NCBI GenBank assembly: GCA_951406725.2
Contig: OX597826.1
Span: 74,152,001-74,216,000, forward strand
DNA from: Octopus vulgaris
Taxonomy: Eukaryota
DNA length: 64,000 nucleotides
Direction of reading: 5' to 3'
The position numbers and the translations under genes were made by a program. Under the pieces are notes generated by a model. That model did not search any database and was not told where the DNA came from. It saw nothing but the letters and a program-made list of their open reading frames with translations. Below are positions 51,390 to 64,000 of the stretch, in pieces; positions within the stretch are counted from its first letter, which is position 1; every line of letters starts with the position of its first letter.

Positions 51390-53287
51390 GGAACGATATG
51401 GTTGAGAAGCAATCTTCTTACCATACTTACTACAAGCATTCTTTTCTTCTTTTATGTGTTGCAGCCAGGTGGCTGTGGTCAGGCTGGAGCACCATCAGAG
51501 TTGAAGAGGAAATTGTTATGAGGAAGAAGAAATTCTTAAACCAAATATGGCAACAGGGAGAGTTGTTAAGGGAGCAGAGATACGGAATAAAAAGATGGGA
51601 GAGAGATGATAATACATCACTAGTTTCCTCTTTCATTTTTTCATCTTCTGCTGCTGTTTCCATTCTTCCTGTTGTCCATTTTTGTTGCTATTGAGGTTGT
51701 CATCATCATCAATGATAGCAGAGAGAAAGATACTCGGAAGAAAGATAAAAAAAGAGAGAGGGAGATAAAAAAAAGAAGAGAGGGTAAAAAGAAGTAGAGA
51801 GAAAGAGAAATAAAAAGGAGAGATGGGGAAATGAAGAGAGAGAGAGAGAGAGAGAGAGAAAAGGGAGAGTGATTATATTTATTTGGCGTTTGTCCATAGG
51901 ATGTATAATAGTATTTTATGAGTCAAGTTAAGAATATGGCAAGGAATTGCGAGATGGCAGATAGAATGGAGATGTTATATTGACTGGGACAAGCCATACT
52001 GGTGAAAAGTCCCAAAGTCTAAAGGAAAAGGTGGCTGCAGTTGGGAACTAGCCATAAGTTTGGTCAGTGAGTCTGAGAGTGGCGATGGTGATACTCAAGT
52101 GAAGAGATGTAGACCAAAGAAAGCAATGTTTGTAGGGAAACAACATTAAACTGATGATGATGATTATGCATGTATGATATATTAATATATTTATATGTAT
52201 AGTATATATATGTGTGTGGTAAGAAGCTCACTTCCCAAACACATGGTTCTGGGTTCAGTCCCGCTGTATGGCACCTTGGGCAAGTGTCTTCTACTATAGC
52301 TTGTCTTGACCAATGCCTTGTGAGTGGATTTGGTAGACGGAAACTGAAAGAAACCTGTCATATGTGTGTGTGTGTGTGTGTGTGTGTTTGTTGTGTTTGT
52401 GTGTGTGTGTCTGTTTTTGTTCCCCCACCATCACTTGACAACCGATGCTGATGTCTTTACGTTCCCAAAACTTAGTGGTTTGATAAAAAAAGCTGATAGA
52501 ATAAGTACTAAACTTACAAAGAATAAGTCCTGGGCTCTTATACAATATAATATAATATAATATAATATAATATAATATAATATAATATAATAATATAATA
52601 TAATATATATAATATGATATGATATGATAATATAATAATATAATATAATATAATAAATATAATATGATATGATAATATAATATAATATAATATAATATAA
52701 TATAATATAATATAATATAATATAATATAATAATATAATATAATATATATAATATGATATGATATGATGTGATATATAATATATATGATATGATATATGA
52801 TATTTGATATACCATAACATAATATAATATAATATAATATAATATAGTATAGTATAGTATAGTATAGTATAGTATAATGGAACGATATGGTTGAGAAGCA
52901 ATCTTCTTACCATACTTACTACAAGCATTCTTTTCTTCTTTTATGTGTTGCAGCCAGGTGGCTGTGGTCAGGCTGGAGCACCATCAGAGTTGAAGCACGT
53001 TTCTCATAAATATATCATTGAAATTCTTATAATAATTTATAAAACTAAATTTGAGATAAAAACATATTACGTTAATAGTAATTACAACTTTAGTGTACTT
53101 AGTTTTAATATAAATTCTCTATAAATAGTATCTGGTAATGTCTAGTTTTTGCTTTTGCCTACAAAGTTTATATTGACTGTAGATACTCGGAAGAAAGATA
53201 AAAAAAGAGAGAGGGAGATAAAAAAAAGAAGAGAGGGTAAAAAGAAGAAGAGAGAAAGAGAGATAAAAAGGAGAGATGGGGAAATGA

Positions 53288-53319
<32 letters not shown>

Positions 53320-53680
53320 GAGAGTGATTATATTTATTTGGCGTTTGTCCATAGGATGTATAATAGTATTTTATGAGTCAAGTTAAGAATATGGCAAGGA
53401 ATTGCGAGATGGCAGATAGCATGGAGGTGTTATATTGACTGGGACAAGCCATAGTGGTGAAAAGTCCCAAAAGTCTAAAGGAAAAGGTGGCTGCAGTTGG
53501 GAACAAGCCTTAAGTTGGGTCAGTGAGTCTGAGAGTGACGATGGTGATACTCAAGTGAAGAGATGTAGATCAAAGAAAGCAATGTTTGTAGGGAAACAAC
53601 ATTAAACTGATGATGATGATTATGCATGATGATGATTATACATGTATAATATATTTATATGTATGTATAGTATATATATG

Positions 53681-53716
<36 letters not shown>

Positions 53717-54701
53717 GTAAGAAGCTCGCTTCCCAAACACATGGTTCCGGGTTCAGTCCCGCTGTGTGGCACCTTGGGCAAGTGTCTTCTACTATTGCCT
53801 TGTCTCGATCAATGCCTCGTGTGTGGATTTGGTAGATGGAAACTGAAAGAAACCCATCGTATATATGTATATATATATATATATGTGTGCGTGTATGTTT
53901 GTGTGTCTGTGTTTGTCCCCCTAGCATTGCTTGACAACCGATGCTGGTGTGTTTATGTCCCCGTCACTTCGCGGTTCGGCAAAAGAGACCGATAGAATAA
54001 GTACTGGGCTTACAAAGAATAAGTCCTGGGCTCTTATACAATATAATATAATATAATATAATATAATATAATATAATATAATATAATATAATATATATAA
54101 TATGATATGATATGATAATATAATAATATAATATAATATAATAAATATAATATGATATGATAATATAATATAATATAATATAATATAATATAATATAATA
54201 TAATATAATATAATATAATATAATATAATATAATATAATATAATAATATAATATAATATATATAATATGATATGATATGATGTGATATATAATATATATG
54301 ATATGATATATGATATGATATTTGATATAACATAACATAATATAATATAATATAATATAATATAGTATAGTATAGTATAGTATAGTATAGTATAGTATAG
54401 TATAATATAATATTATGTAATATAATAAAATATTTTAATTAAGTGGTGTAGATGGACATTATGTCTTCTATATGTGGCAGTGTATCGAGATTTTACAATA
54501 GATTCAATTAAGCACGTTTCTCATAAATATATCATTGAAATTCTTATAATAATTTATAAAACTAAATTTGAGATAAAAACATATTACGTTAATAGTAATT
54601 ACAACTTTAGTGTACTTAGTTTTATTATAAATTCTCTATAAATAGTATCTGGTAATGTCTAGTTTTTGCTTTTGCCTACAAAGTTTATATTGACTGTAGA
54701 T
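51390..54701. repeat. Complex local duplication A-X-C-A'-B-C'-Y-B'
   Basis: A 51390-51506 matches A' 52879-52995. C 51728-52878 matches C' 53181-~54406. B 52993-53184 matches B' 54510-54701. Confidence 0.9.
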
Positions 54702-55009
54702 TCATGCACAAATATTGATGACGCAAAACAATTAAATGGTGATTAGCAAACAGTTCTGATGTGTCATATTTTTTTTTTTGTTGTTTTCAGTATTTTAACA
54801 ATCACAGGCATAAACTACTGGATGAATGTTACCTCCCTCTCTCTCGCTCTCTCGCTCTCTCGGCCATCTTTCTCTCTCACTCACTTTAATCTTTCTCCCT
54901 CTCTCTCTCTCCCTATAACATCTTTTTCACCCTAACTACCACACCACCATCAATAAAAACCATCATGTGTTACATATGCACATGCATGAATATATCAAAC
55001 GTATTTGTT

Positions 55010-55053
<44 letters not shown>

Positions 55054-55399
55054 TACACACATAGATATTTATAAAAATAACATTTTTTACAAAAAACAAT
55101 GCCCATAGGCGCAGGAGTGGCTGTGTGGTAAGTAGCTAGCTTACCAACCACATGGTTCTGGGTTCATTCCCACTGCGTGGCACATTGGGCAAGTGTCTTC
55201 CACTATAGCCTCGGGCCGACCAAAGCCTTGTGAGTGGATTTGGTAGACGGAAACTGAAAGAAGCCCCTCGTATATATGTATATATATATATGTGTGCGTG
55301 TATGTTTGTGTGTCTGTGTCCCTAGAACCGTCCAACCTGTGCTACCGCGGAAAACGGACGTTAAACGATGATGATGATGATGATGATGATGATGATATA

Positions 55400-58155
55400 T
55401 ATTGCTCAACTAAAGGCAGTCAAATGACTGAAACAAGTAAAAGAGTAAAGAGATATATATGACTGGAGCAATGTGAAATGAAGTGTTTTGTTCAAGAACA
55501 CAACACATCACCCAGTCCAGGAATTGAAAGCAGAAACTTACACCCATGAGGGGCTAACACCCTAACCACTCAGCCATGTTGCCTCCACACACACATACAC
55601 ACATATACACACGTATGCACACACATCTGCCTCACATATATATGAACATATATGTACCTATACACACACACATATACATACATGTGTATGCACATATACA
55701 CATATACACTCACATATACACACATATACACACACACATTCTATGTATATGTACAAGGCAGTGTGTTGGTCATTGTTAGATTGTCTTGTGGTATTTACTC
55801 CAGCTCACTACATTCTGAGTTCAAATTATGCTAAAGTCATCTGTAAATTTGGTGTTGATAGATAAAGGACCAGATCCTTGGCATAACTGTTTAGCCATTG
55901 GAATGGGGTGCCTTGTGGTATTTGATCCAGCTCTATGTGTCCTTACTTAAGAGAAACCATCCCCAACTGGATACACTCTCTGGAAACCCATTTAGTATGT
56001 GACCGAGTATTCCTCTAGTGCAGAAATGGCATTGCAGCATTCCAAAAATATCAGTGAACATTTGAATAATTCTGTTGTCCAGTTGTATCATTCTTCAACA
56101 TTTCATGAAGTGCCATGGCAGTCACGGTAGTAAGCTGTAATCTCCAAGTTAAGTTGTTATTTAAGAAGCTTAAACGTTGTTATAATCAATGTGCTAATAA
56201 TTACGTCATGTGATGGTAACTTGCACCTTCCTCCTCCACCACCACTACCTCCTCCTCCCACTCACCCCCTCCTCCTCTTCCCCTGCTGCTATCACTGCCA
56301 CTGCAGCTTGAATTGTGTCCAATCTTTTCGTGCGATGGTCCTTGGGAAATTTGTACACTAAAATGGAAGCATTTCATTCCATCGTTTTACCAGCCTAGTT
56401 TAGAGGGAGTCTGCAGATACAGACCTCAACTTGTATTAAGTTGGAATCAACTGGTATTAACTGGTATTAATTAGTATTTAGATGGAGGTGGGAAGCTGGC
56501 AGAATCGTTAGCACATCAGACAAAATGCTTTGTGGAATTTTGTTCCTCTTTAGATTCTGAGTTCCAATTCTGCCAACGTTGACTTGACCTTTCAACCTTT
56601 CAGGGTTGATAAAATAAATATCAGTTGATCATTGGGGTCGATGCCCCTGAAATTGCTGACCTCATGCCAAAATTTATATATATGTGTGTGTGTGTGTTTG
56701 TCTGTGTTTGTCCTCCCAACATTGCTTGACAACCAATGCTGGTGTGTTTATGTCCCTGTAACTTAGCGGTTCGGCAAAAGAGACTGATAGAATAAATACT
56801 AGGCTTACAAAGAATAAGTCCTGGGGTCGATTTGCTCGACTAAAGGCAGTGCTCCAGCATGGCTGCAGTCAAATGGCTGAAACAAGTAAAAGAGTAAAGA
56901 GATATATATGACTGGAGCAATGTGAAATGAAGTGTTTTGTTCAAGAACACAACACATCACCCAGTCCAGGAATTGAAAGCAGAAACTTACACCCATGAGG
57001 GCAACACCCTAACCACTCAGCCATGTGCCTCCACACACACATACACACATATACACACACGTATGCACACACATCTGCTCACATATACATGAACATATAT
57101 GTACCTATACACACACACATATACATACATGTGTATGCACATATACACATATACACTCACATATACACACACACATTCTATGTATATGTACAAGGCAGTG
57201 TGTTGGTCATTGTTAGATTGTCATGTGGTATTTACTCCAGCTCACTACATTCTGTGTTCAAATTATGCTAAAGTCATCTGTAAATTTGGTGTTGATTGAT
57301 AAAGGACCAGACCTTTGGCATAACTGTTTAGCCATTGGAATGGGGTGCCTTGTGGTATTTGATCCCGCTCTATGTGTCTTTACTTAAGAGAACCCATCCC
57401 TAACTGGATACACTCTCTTGGAAACCCATTTAGTATGTGACCGAGTATTCCTCTAGTGCAGAAATGGCATTGCAGCATTCCAAAAATATCAGTGAACATT
57501 TGAATAATTCTGTTGTCCAGTTGTATCATTCTTCAACATTTCATGAAGTGCCATACTGTTATGGTAGTAAGCTGTAATCTCCAAGTTAAGTTGTTATTTA
57601 AGAAGCTTAAACGTTATTATAATCAATGTGCTAATAATTACATCATGTGATGGTAACTTGCACCTTCCTCCTCCACCACCACTACCTCCCCCCTCCTTCT
57701 CCTCCCCCCTCCCCCTCCCTCCTCTTCCCCTGCTGCTATCACTGCCACTGCAGCTTGAATTGTGTCCAATCTTTTCGTGCGATGGTCCTTGGGAAATTTG
57801 TACACTAAAATGGAAGCATTTCATTCCATCGTTTTACCAGCCTAGTTTAGAGGGAGTCTGTAGATACAGACCTCAACTTGTATTAAGTTGGAATTTTAAA
57901 TATTATTACGATGATATGAAGATGCTATTAACTGGTATTAACTGGTATTAATTAGTATTTAGATGGAGGTGGGAAGCTGGCAGAATCGTTAGCACATCAA
58001 AGAAAATGCTTTGTGGAATTTTGTTCCTCTTTAGATTCTGAGTTCCTATTGTGCCAACGTTGACTTTAACTTTTATCCTTTCAGGGTTGATAAAATAAAT
58101 ATCAGTTGATCATTGGGGTCGATGCCCCTGAAGTTGCTGGCCTGATGCCAAAATT
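55400..58155. repeat. ~1.45-kb diverged tandem duplication
   Basis: ~55400-56675 repeats at ~56830-58155, with small indels and substitutions. Confidence 0.92.
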
Positions 58156-58214
58156 TGAAACTATTAATTAGTATTAAGATGGGTTTCATCTTAATATCAA
58201 GTTTCTTAACTTAA

Positions 58215-58422
58215 CCCTTTCAATACCAACCCAGGCTCTGTAATACAAGACTCTTGTTTTCAAAAGTTTTGAATTAAACTCTTCCACCAAGCCTTAGTCA
58301 CAATTGATGTTCCTAACACTAGCTTAATGATAACGAAGTTATTTTACCAAATTCTTTGTTATAGTTAAAATTTAATTGAAAGACACACAGAGCATCTCAA
58401 AAGAAATATAGTAATGAAAGGG
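58215..58422. mobile_element. piggyBac-type MITE
   Basis: TTAA-ccctttcaatac ... gtaatgaaaggg-TTAA. Confidence 0.85.
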
Positions 58423-58557
58423 TTAAGAAGAAAAATAATCAGCTGAAAATATGAGAAGAAACCTCAGTATGATAGAAATAATAGCCTAAATTTCCTTCAA
58501 TCCTCACCCTTCCAACTCCTTCTAATGTCCATCTGCCCAATGTAGAGGTGTGTTTAA

Positions 58558-58780
58558 CCCTTTTGATACCAATCTGACTGAAACCACCTCTGGCTCTGTC
58601 GTACAAATATCTTGCTTTCATAAGTTTTGAATTAAAATCTTCCACCAAACCTTAGTCACAATCTATGTTCTTAACACTAGCTTTAATGATAACTGAGTTA
58701 TTTTACTAAATTCTTTGTTATATTTAAAATTAATCGAAAGAGACACAGAGAATCTCAAAAGAAATATGGTAACGAAAGGG
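58558..58780. mobile_element. piggyBac-type MITE, second copy
   Basis: TTAA-cccttttgatacca ... tggtaacgaaaggg-TGAA, with the same body as 58215-58422. Confidence 0.85.
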
Positions 58781-59214
58781 TGAAAGAGCATCTTAACTTT
58801 CTTCAGTAGCTTGCTTGGAAATTACAGTTCCCATATGGAACCATGATACAATAGAAATAGAACTATACATAGAATCACTGATATTTCTGGAATGCTGTTA
58901 GCATATATTGTCATTGTAATTTCTGTTATCCTCCATGGGACGACATTTGTTTTTAGAAAAATCGTTAATTTTTATGACCATAGAATTTTGCAATTGGGGA
59001 AATGTAAATGTTTTAAAAATATTTCATCATCTGAGACAGTTTGAATTGAGATTGAATCGGAAACAATAGCTGATGCATATTTATAAAAAAACCCAATTTA
59101 ATCTTGAAATTCTTCCAGCAGAGACACACACATGACCACACACATAGTTACATACACATACAGAGACATAAACTGACACAGTCAAAGTAACACATTCATT
59201 CATGTGTGTGTATA

Positions 59215-59428
59215 TTCTTTTATTCTCTTACTTGTTTCAGTCATTTGACTGTGGCCACACTGGAGCACTGCCTTTAGTCAAACAAATTGTCCTTGGGACT
59301 TATTCTTTATAAGCCTAGTACTTATTTTATCATTCTCTTTTGCCAAACTGTTAAGTTATGGGGACATAAACACACCAACATCGGTTGTCAAGTAATGGTG
59401 GAGGGGAACAAGCACAAACACACAAATA

Positions 59429-59493
<65 letters not shown>

Positions 59494-59656
59494 GACAGAC
59501 TTCTTTCAGTTTCCGTCTACCAAATCCACTCACAAGGCTTTGGCCAGCCTGAGGCTATAGTAGAAGACACTTGCCCAAGGTGCCACGCAGTGGGACTGAA
59601 CCTGGAACCATGTGGTTGGGAAGCCAGCTTCTTACCACACAGCCACTCCTGTGCCT
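59215..59656 (-). mobile_element. SINE family A, full length
   Basis: Reverse complement of the family consensus, with an internal (CA)n tract. Confidence 0.9.
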
Positions 59657-60559
59657 GCGGGAGTGGCTGTGTGGTGTGTATATTGTTTTCCCATATATTT
59701 GAATGGTCAGTTTAGAATATGATTTTTATGGACAGTTAGTTGGGTTGTGAGTATAACTAGTTCTGATCAGTTTAGGTCAATGCGACAGACATAAATTTGG
59801 AGAATTAATAATCCATGTGACCTTTCCTAATTATAGCAAATTATTTAACATTGCTTGGAAAAATATTTTCATGGGATTGTAAGCTAACATTAGCAAGTTC
59901 TCATCAGCCACGTTTGGTTATGCATTCAATCTCTAATTTTAGACTGGAAATAATACATTTTCAGTAAGGACATAATTAAAAGGTTGATGACTAGAAATTT
60001 AAAAGTTCAAATTCTTTGTTCTGTAGATTCTTTGAGATTTACTGGGAGAAATGACTGTGTTTTTCTGTGAAGTGAGGGTATAACTACATAGGGGACCCAA
60101 ATATCAATTCAAATGCTCATTTTGTGATATACTAAATAGAGATTGCTGTATTTTTCTGAGAAGAAAATGGTATCTTTAAGTGAAAGATCCATAATTGTTA
60201 TTATAAGTTACTCATATTGCCTCAATCTTAAGCAAATTGAATGAAATAATCAAATGTTATGAGTGAAGAAACAGAACAACAAAGAGGACCATTAATCTAA
60301 TTTCCTTTCCAGCCCAAAAAGCAGACTGATTGAAGTGAGGTCTGCAGACTAAGTAATCACATTCTTCCTTAATGCCATTAATTCTGATATCAGGAGGACT
60401 GCTGGATTAATCTAATGGAACTGCAATGCAGTCGTTATCAAATGTTTCCAGGGTGTAAAGAATGGAGGAGTCTGAAGATGTGTCCCTTTGTATATTAAAT
60501 TCCTTCCACTTAAATGCCTTGGACTCTAGGATGAGCATCCTTCATATAAGCATATGATA

Positions 60560-61610
60560 GTGATTTCCTTGTGGACATTAGGAAATCCCTCTCATGCCAT
60601 GATGTCTCCTATTGGATCAAAAAGAAGGATTGCCCCTTGGTCTCCATGCAAAGTTTCCATATGGAGCTATGAATGAAATCATAGATTTTGTTGGATTATT
60701 TGTGTAGAACAACCTCAAGAAGCTACTCCTCTTCTCCAATAACTGGGACCAGTACAGAGACAGTGGCTTGAAATTTTCAAGCAATATGATTAGTCATACT
60801 GTGGATAAATTCAGAAAGAATTTAAGAGGAATCTTCAAAGACTTTGGTTTAAATATAAATATTGCTACCAATCTAACCACAATCAACTTCTTGAATGTAA
60901 CTTTAGAATTCAAAACAAACTATTTAGACAGAAAGCCTATATGGAGACTATATTCAGAGGAATTCCAACAATCCCTAGCTATAATGAAAAATGGAGTAGC
61001 TGTTATTTGGTGAATAATCTCTAATTCATCCTCAAATAGAAATTTTTTAACAGAGATGCACCCTTCTTCAATCAAACATAAACAAAGGCAAGATGAGATA
61101 TTTGTGTATATGAAGAATTCCCGCCTACTGAAGGGAATTATAAGGAGAAAAATAATCTACTTCAATCTTCCCTTCAATGTAAATGTTTCTGGGAACCGCT
61201 TTCTCCAAATTAGGCAAGTACCTGTAAACACCATATGGTTTTTAATGCACACAATGTTAAGGTGAGTTACACTTGCTTTCAGTATCACATGTTACTAGAG
61301 AAAAAATACTCAAGAAAGTTTCACCTTCCAAAGGTAGTTGTCTGTTGGGTAACTCTCAGTTTACTCAATATATGTTTGGAGGCAGGAAAAATACACCTTC
61401 CTGTCCTATTGTATCTGAAGGCTCTGGAGTCAGGGCATAACCATATCCAACATAACTGGGAACATTCTTGACAAGGCCTCTCCCTCCTCATCTGGAGCAC
61501 ACAACTTTCATCTTTGTGAGAAACTGAACATATTGCAGTAGCCTACTGTATTCCTTAACAAGAAAACTGAACTGTCATTCTGTGGCAACCAGAGGAGCTC
61601 TCTGTGGGCT
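60560..61610 (+). mobile_element. Highly decayed Penelope-like element of the YRDD-type RT group
   Basis: Pieces RKSL..WIKK, QYRDSGL, IFKDFGLNINI..INFLNVTL, RKIIYFNLPFNVNV, FNAHNVKVSYTC and LNKKTEL, collinear with PLE ORFs. Confidence 0.7.
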
Positions 61611-61671
61611 AATTTCAAGCCATTAACCATGCAGACTTTCAAAATAAGGGAAATATTTCAAAATACAAAAT

Positions 61672-61917
61672 AGGCTCAAGCATAGCTGTGTGGTTAAGAA
61701 GCTTGCTTTGCTACTATATGGTTTTGAGTTCAGTCCTACTGTGCAGCACCTTGGACAAGGATCTTCTACAGCCCCATGCTGACCAATGCCTTGAATTTGG
61801 TAGATGGAAACTGTGTGGAAGCTTTACACACACAAACACATACTCACATCTATGTATGTATATATATATACTTATATATGTATACATGTGTACATATACA
61901 TATATATGTATATATAT

Positions 61918-61953
<36 letters not shown>

Positions 61954-62210
61954 ATGTCTATGTTTGTGCTTGACTTTCCCACTTTGCTTGACAACCGGTA
62001 TTGGTTTGTTTACATACCTATAACTTAGCAGTTCAGCCTAAGAGACCAACAGAGTTAGTACCGAACTTTAAAAACAAAAACAAAACCAAGCAAAAAGAAA
62101 AAAAAAACGAAAATAAGGACCAAGGACGATTTGTTTGACTAAAAACCCTTCAAGGCAGAGCCCCAGCATGGCCACAGTCCACTGACTAAAACAAATTGAA
62201 GATAAAAGAC
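61672..62210 (+). mobile_element. Diverged SINE family A copy
   Basis: Head, core, expanded internal microsatellite and tail are recognisable. Confidence 0.8.
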
Positions 62211-62870
62211 AAGAGATACAATTATATTATATTATATGCGATGCAGCATGGAGTTTTGTCAGTGAACAGGTCACGGTCTGAAAGCAACGAAAATATTTTG
62301 ACAAATCAAATTTAAATGTTGAAGTGAATCTAATGGTTTTTATGTGTTTCTTAAATGGCTTATAAACACCTTCCACGCTGCAATTGTTTTCATTCCGGTG
62401 CACGATCTCAGATCAGGTCACTTGCTATGCAAGTACATCTCCGTAATTATATTATTCTTCTCTCAATATAGACCTTCTTGAAAGAAAATCCCGGTTCTGA
62501 AGAGAACACACACACACACACACCGATCTTGAAGATTGGTGTAATCAAAAACCAACAGTGATTCACATTAACCTTAGGAGAAAGAGATTTCATTCTTTGT
62601 GGCGTCTTTGGAAATAAAGCATCAAAGAAAAACATCTAAGTTTGGTAATTCTAGTAGAATAGTCGGCAGAAGAGTTAAAGTGATATAACGTAATTTCATG
62701 GCCAATAAGTCTCACTAATTGCTTGTAGAAATATAATTGTTGAATTTATAATTGTGGTGCCTTGTTTCTGAGGCTGTGATTCAGGGAATCTTTTGGTACG
62801 GAGGTATGAGATGACAAAAGATTTTATGACCTCACATCATGATACATTTATAAACGTCTTCTCTGCGTGT

Positions 62871-62916
62871 GTGGGGTGGGGTTAGGGTGGGGGTGGGGGT
62901 GGGGGTGGGGGTGGGG
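62871..62916 (+). other. G-quadruplex-forming G-tract run
   Basis: Eight closely spaced G3-G5 runs (ggggtggggttagggtgggggtggggg...). Confidence 0.7.
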
Positions 62917-63064
62917 CTGTGCATAGGGTTGCGTTTTTCATTGTTGGGAAGCTTAGTGTTTTGCCTTCGTTTATCTCCATCATCTGTCTCTATGGATGTT
63001 TAATAACACGTGTGATGGAAGACTTACACTTGGGTACCCTATTTAGCATCCATAAACTCTCTCT

Positions 63065-63082
63065 TGTGTGTGTGTCTGTGTA

Positions 63083-63116
<34 letters not shown>

Positions 63117-63913
63117 CATGTGTACATGCGTGAATATGTGTGTATGTGTATACGTGCATATCGATGTTTATGTATGTATATGTGTGTGTGTGTGTGTATG
63201 TGCGTGTATGCATGTGTACATGCGTGTATATGTGTGTATGTGTATACGTGCATATCGATGTTTATGTATGTATATGTGTGTGTGTATCTGTGTGTGTATG
63301 TGTATTTGTATGCATATGTGTGTGTATTTTTGTGTGTGTACATGTATGTATACATGTGTGTGTATGTTTTTGCATGTGTATGCGAATGTGTGTGTATACG
63401 TGTGTATATGTGTGTGTGTGTATGTATATGCATATATATGTGTATGTATGTGTTTGCATGTGTATGTGAATGTGTGTGTATATGTGTGTGTGTATCTTTG
63501 TGCGTGTATGTGTATGTATATATGTGTATGTTTGCATGTGTATGCAAATGTGTGTGTATGTATGTGTGTATGTGTGTGTATCTGTGTGTGTGTATGTGTA
63601 TACATATATATGTGTGTGTGCATGTGTTTGCATGTGTATCTGAATGTGTATATATATGTGTGTGTGTGCATGTGTATGCATATATATTTGTGTGTATGTG
63701 TTTGAAAGTGTATATGAATGTGTGTGTATGTATCTGTATATGTATGTGTGTATCTTTGTGTGTGTGTATGCATATATATATGTGCATGTGTATGTGTTTG
63801 CATGTGTATGTGTATGTGTATGTGTGTGTATGTGTATGTGTGTGTATATGTGTGTGTATCTTTGTGTGTGTCTGTGCGTGTGTGTGTGTATGCATACATA
63901 TTTGTGTGTATGA

Positions 63914-63945
<32 letters not shown>

Positions 63946-63950
63946 AAGAG
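63065..63950. repeat. Long degenerate (GT/AT)n alternating purine-pyrimidine tract
   Basis: Direct reading; the source of the HT/CV ORFs. Confidence 0.95.
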
Positions 63951-64000
63951 AGGCAATATGCCTGTGTGGTATGTGTTAGTATACTATGTGGTGCTTATCT

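Noticed and set aside
62990-63956. Long His/Thr and Cys/Val ORFs (also 13264-14143, 33471-33937 and similar)
   Set aside because: Microsatellite translation artefacts.

Overview
Eukaryotic, AT-rich, repeat-dominated DNA. The SINE families and the very high microsatellite density look like an octopod cephalopod (inference). No intact, recognisable protein-coding gene, rRNA, tRNA or CRISPR array is present, and nearly all listed ORFs are artefacts of microsatellites, the satellite array or dead transposons. The window holds four recurrent tRNA-derived SINE families; fossil mariner, Tc1, maT, pogo, Merlin, piggyBac and Helitron elements; RTE-clade LINE fragments; and two Penelope-like RT remnants. 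Highlights: (1) a 5,056-bp non-autonomous hAT-type element (5706-10761, perfect 8-bp TSD CACACTGC) carrying a ~3.35-kb, CpG-rich ~52-bp satellite with an 888-bp higher-order duplication; (2) about ten hammerhead-ribozyme motifs, mostly decayed, including a cluster of four at 11.7-13.3 kb and one with an intact core at 12890-12986; (3) a duplication with microhomology junctions at 51.4-54.7 kb; (4) a CpG-decay boundary near 20 kb; (5) unidentified candidate minus-strand exons and a TATA promoter.
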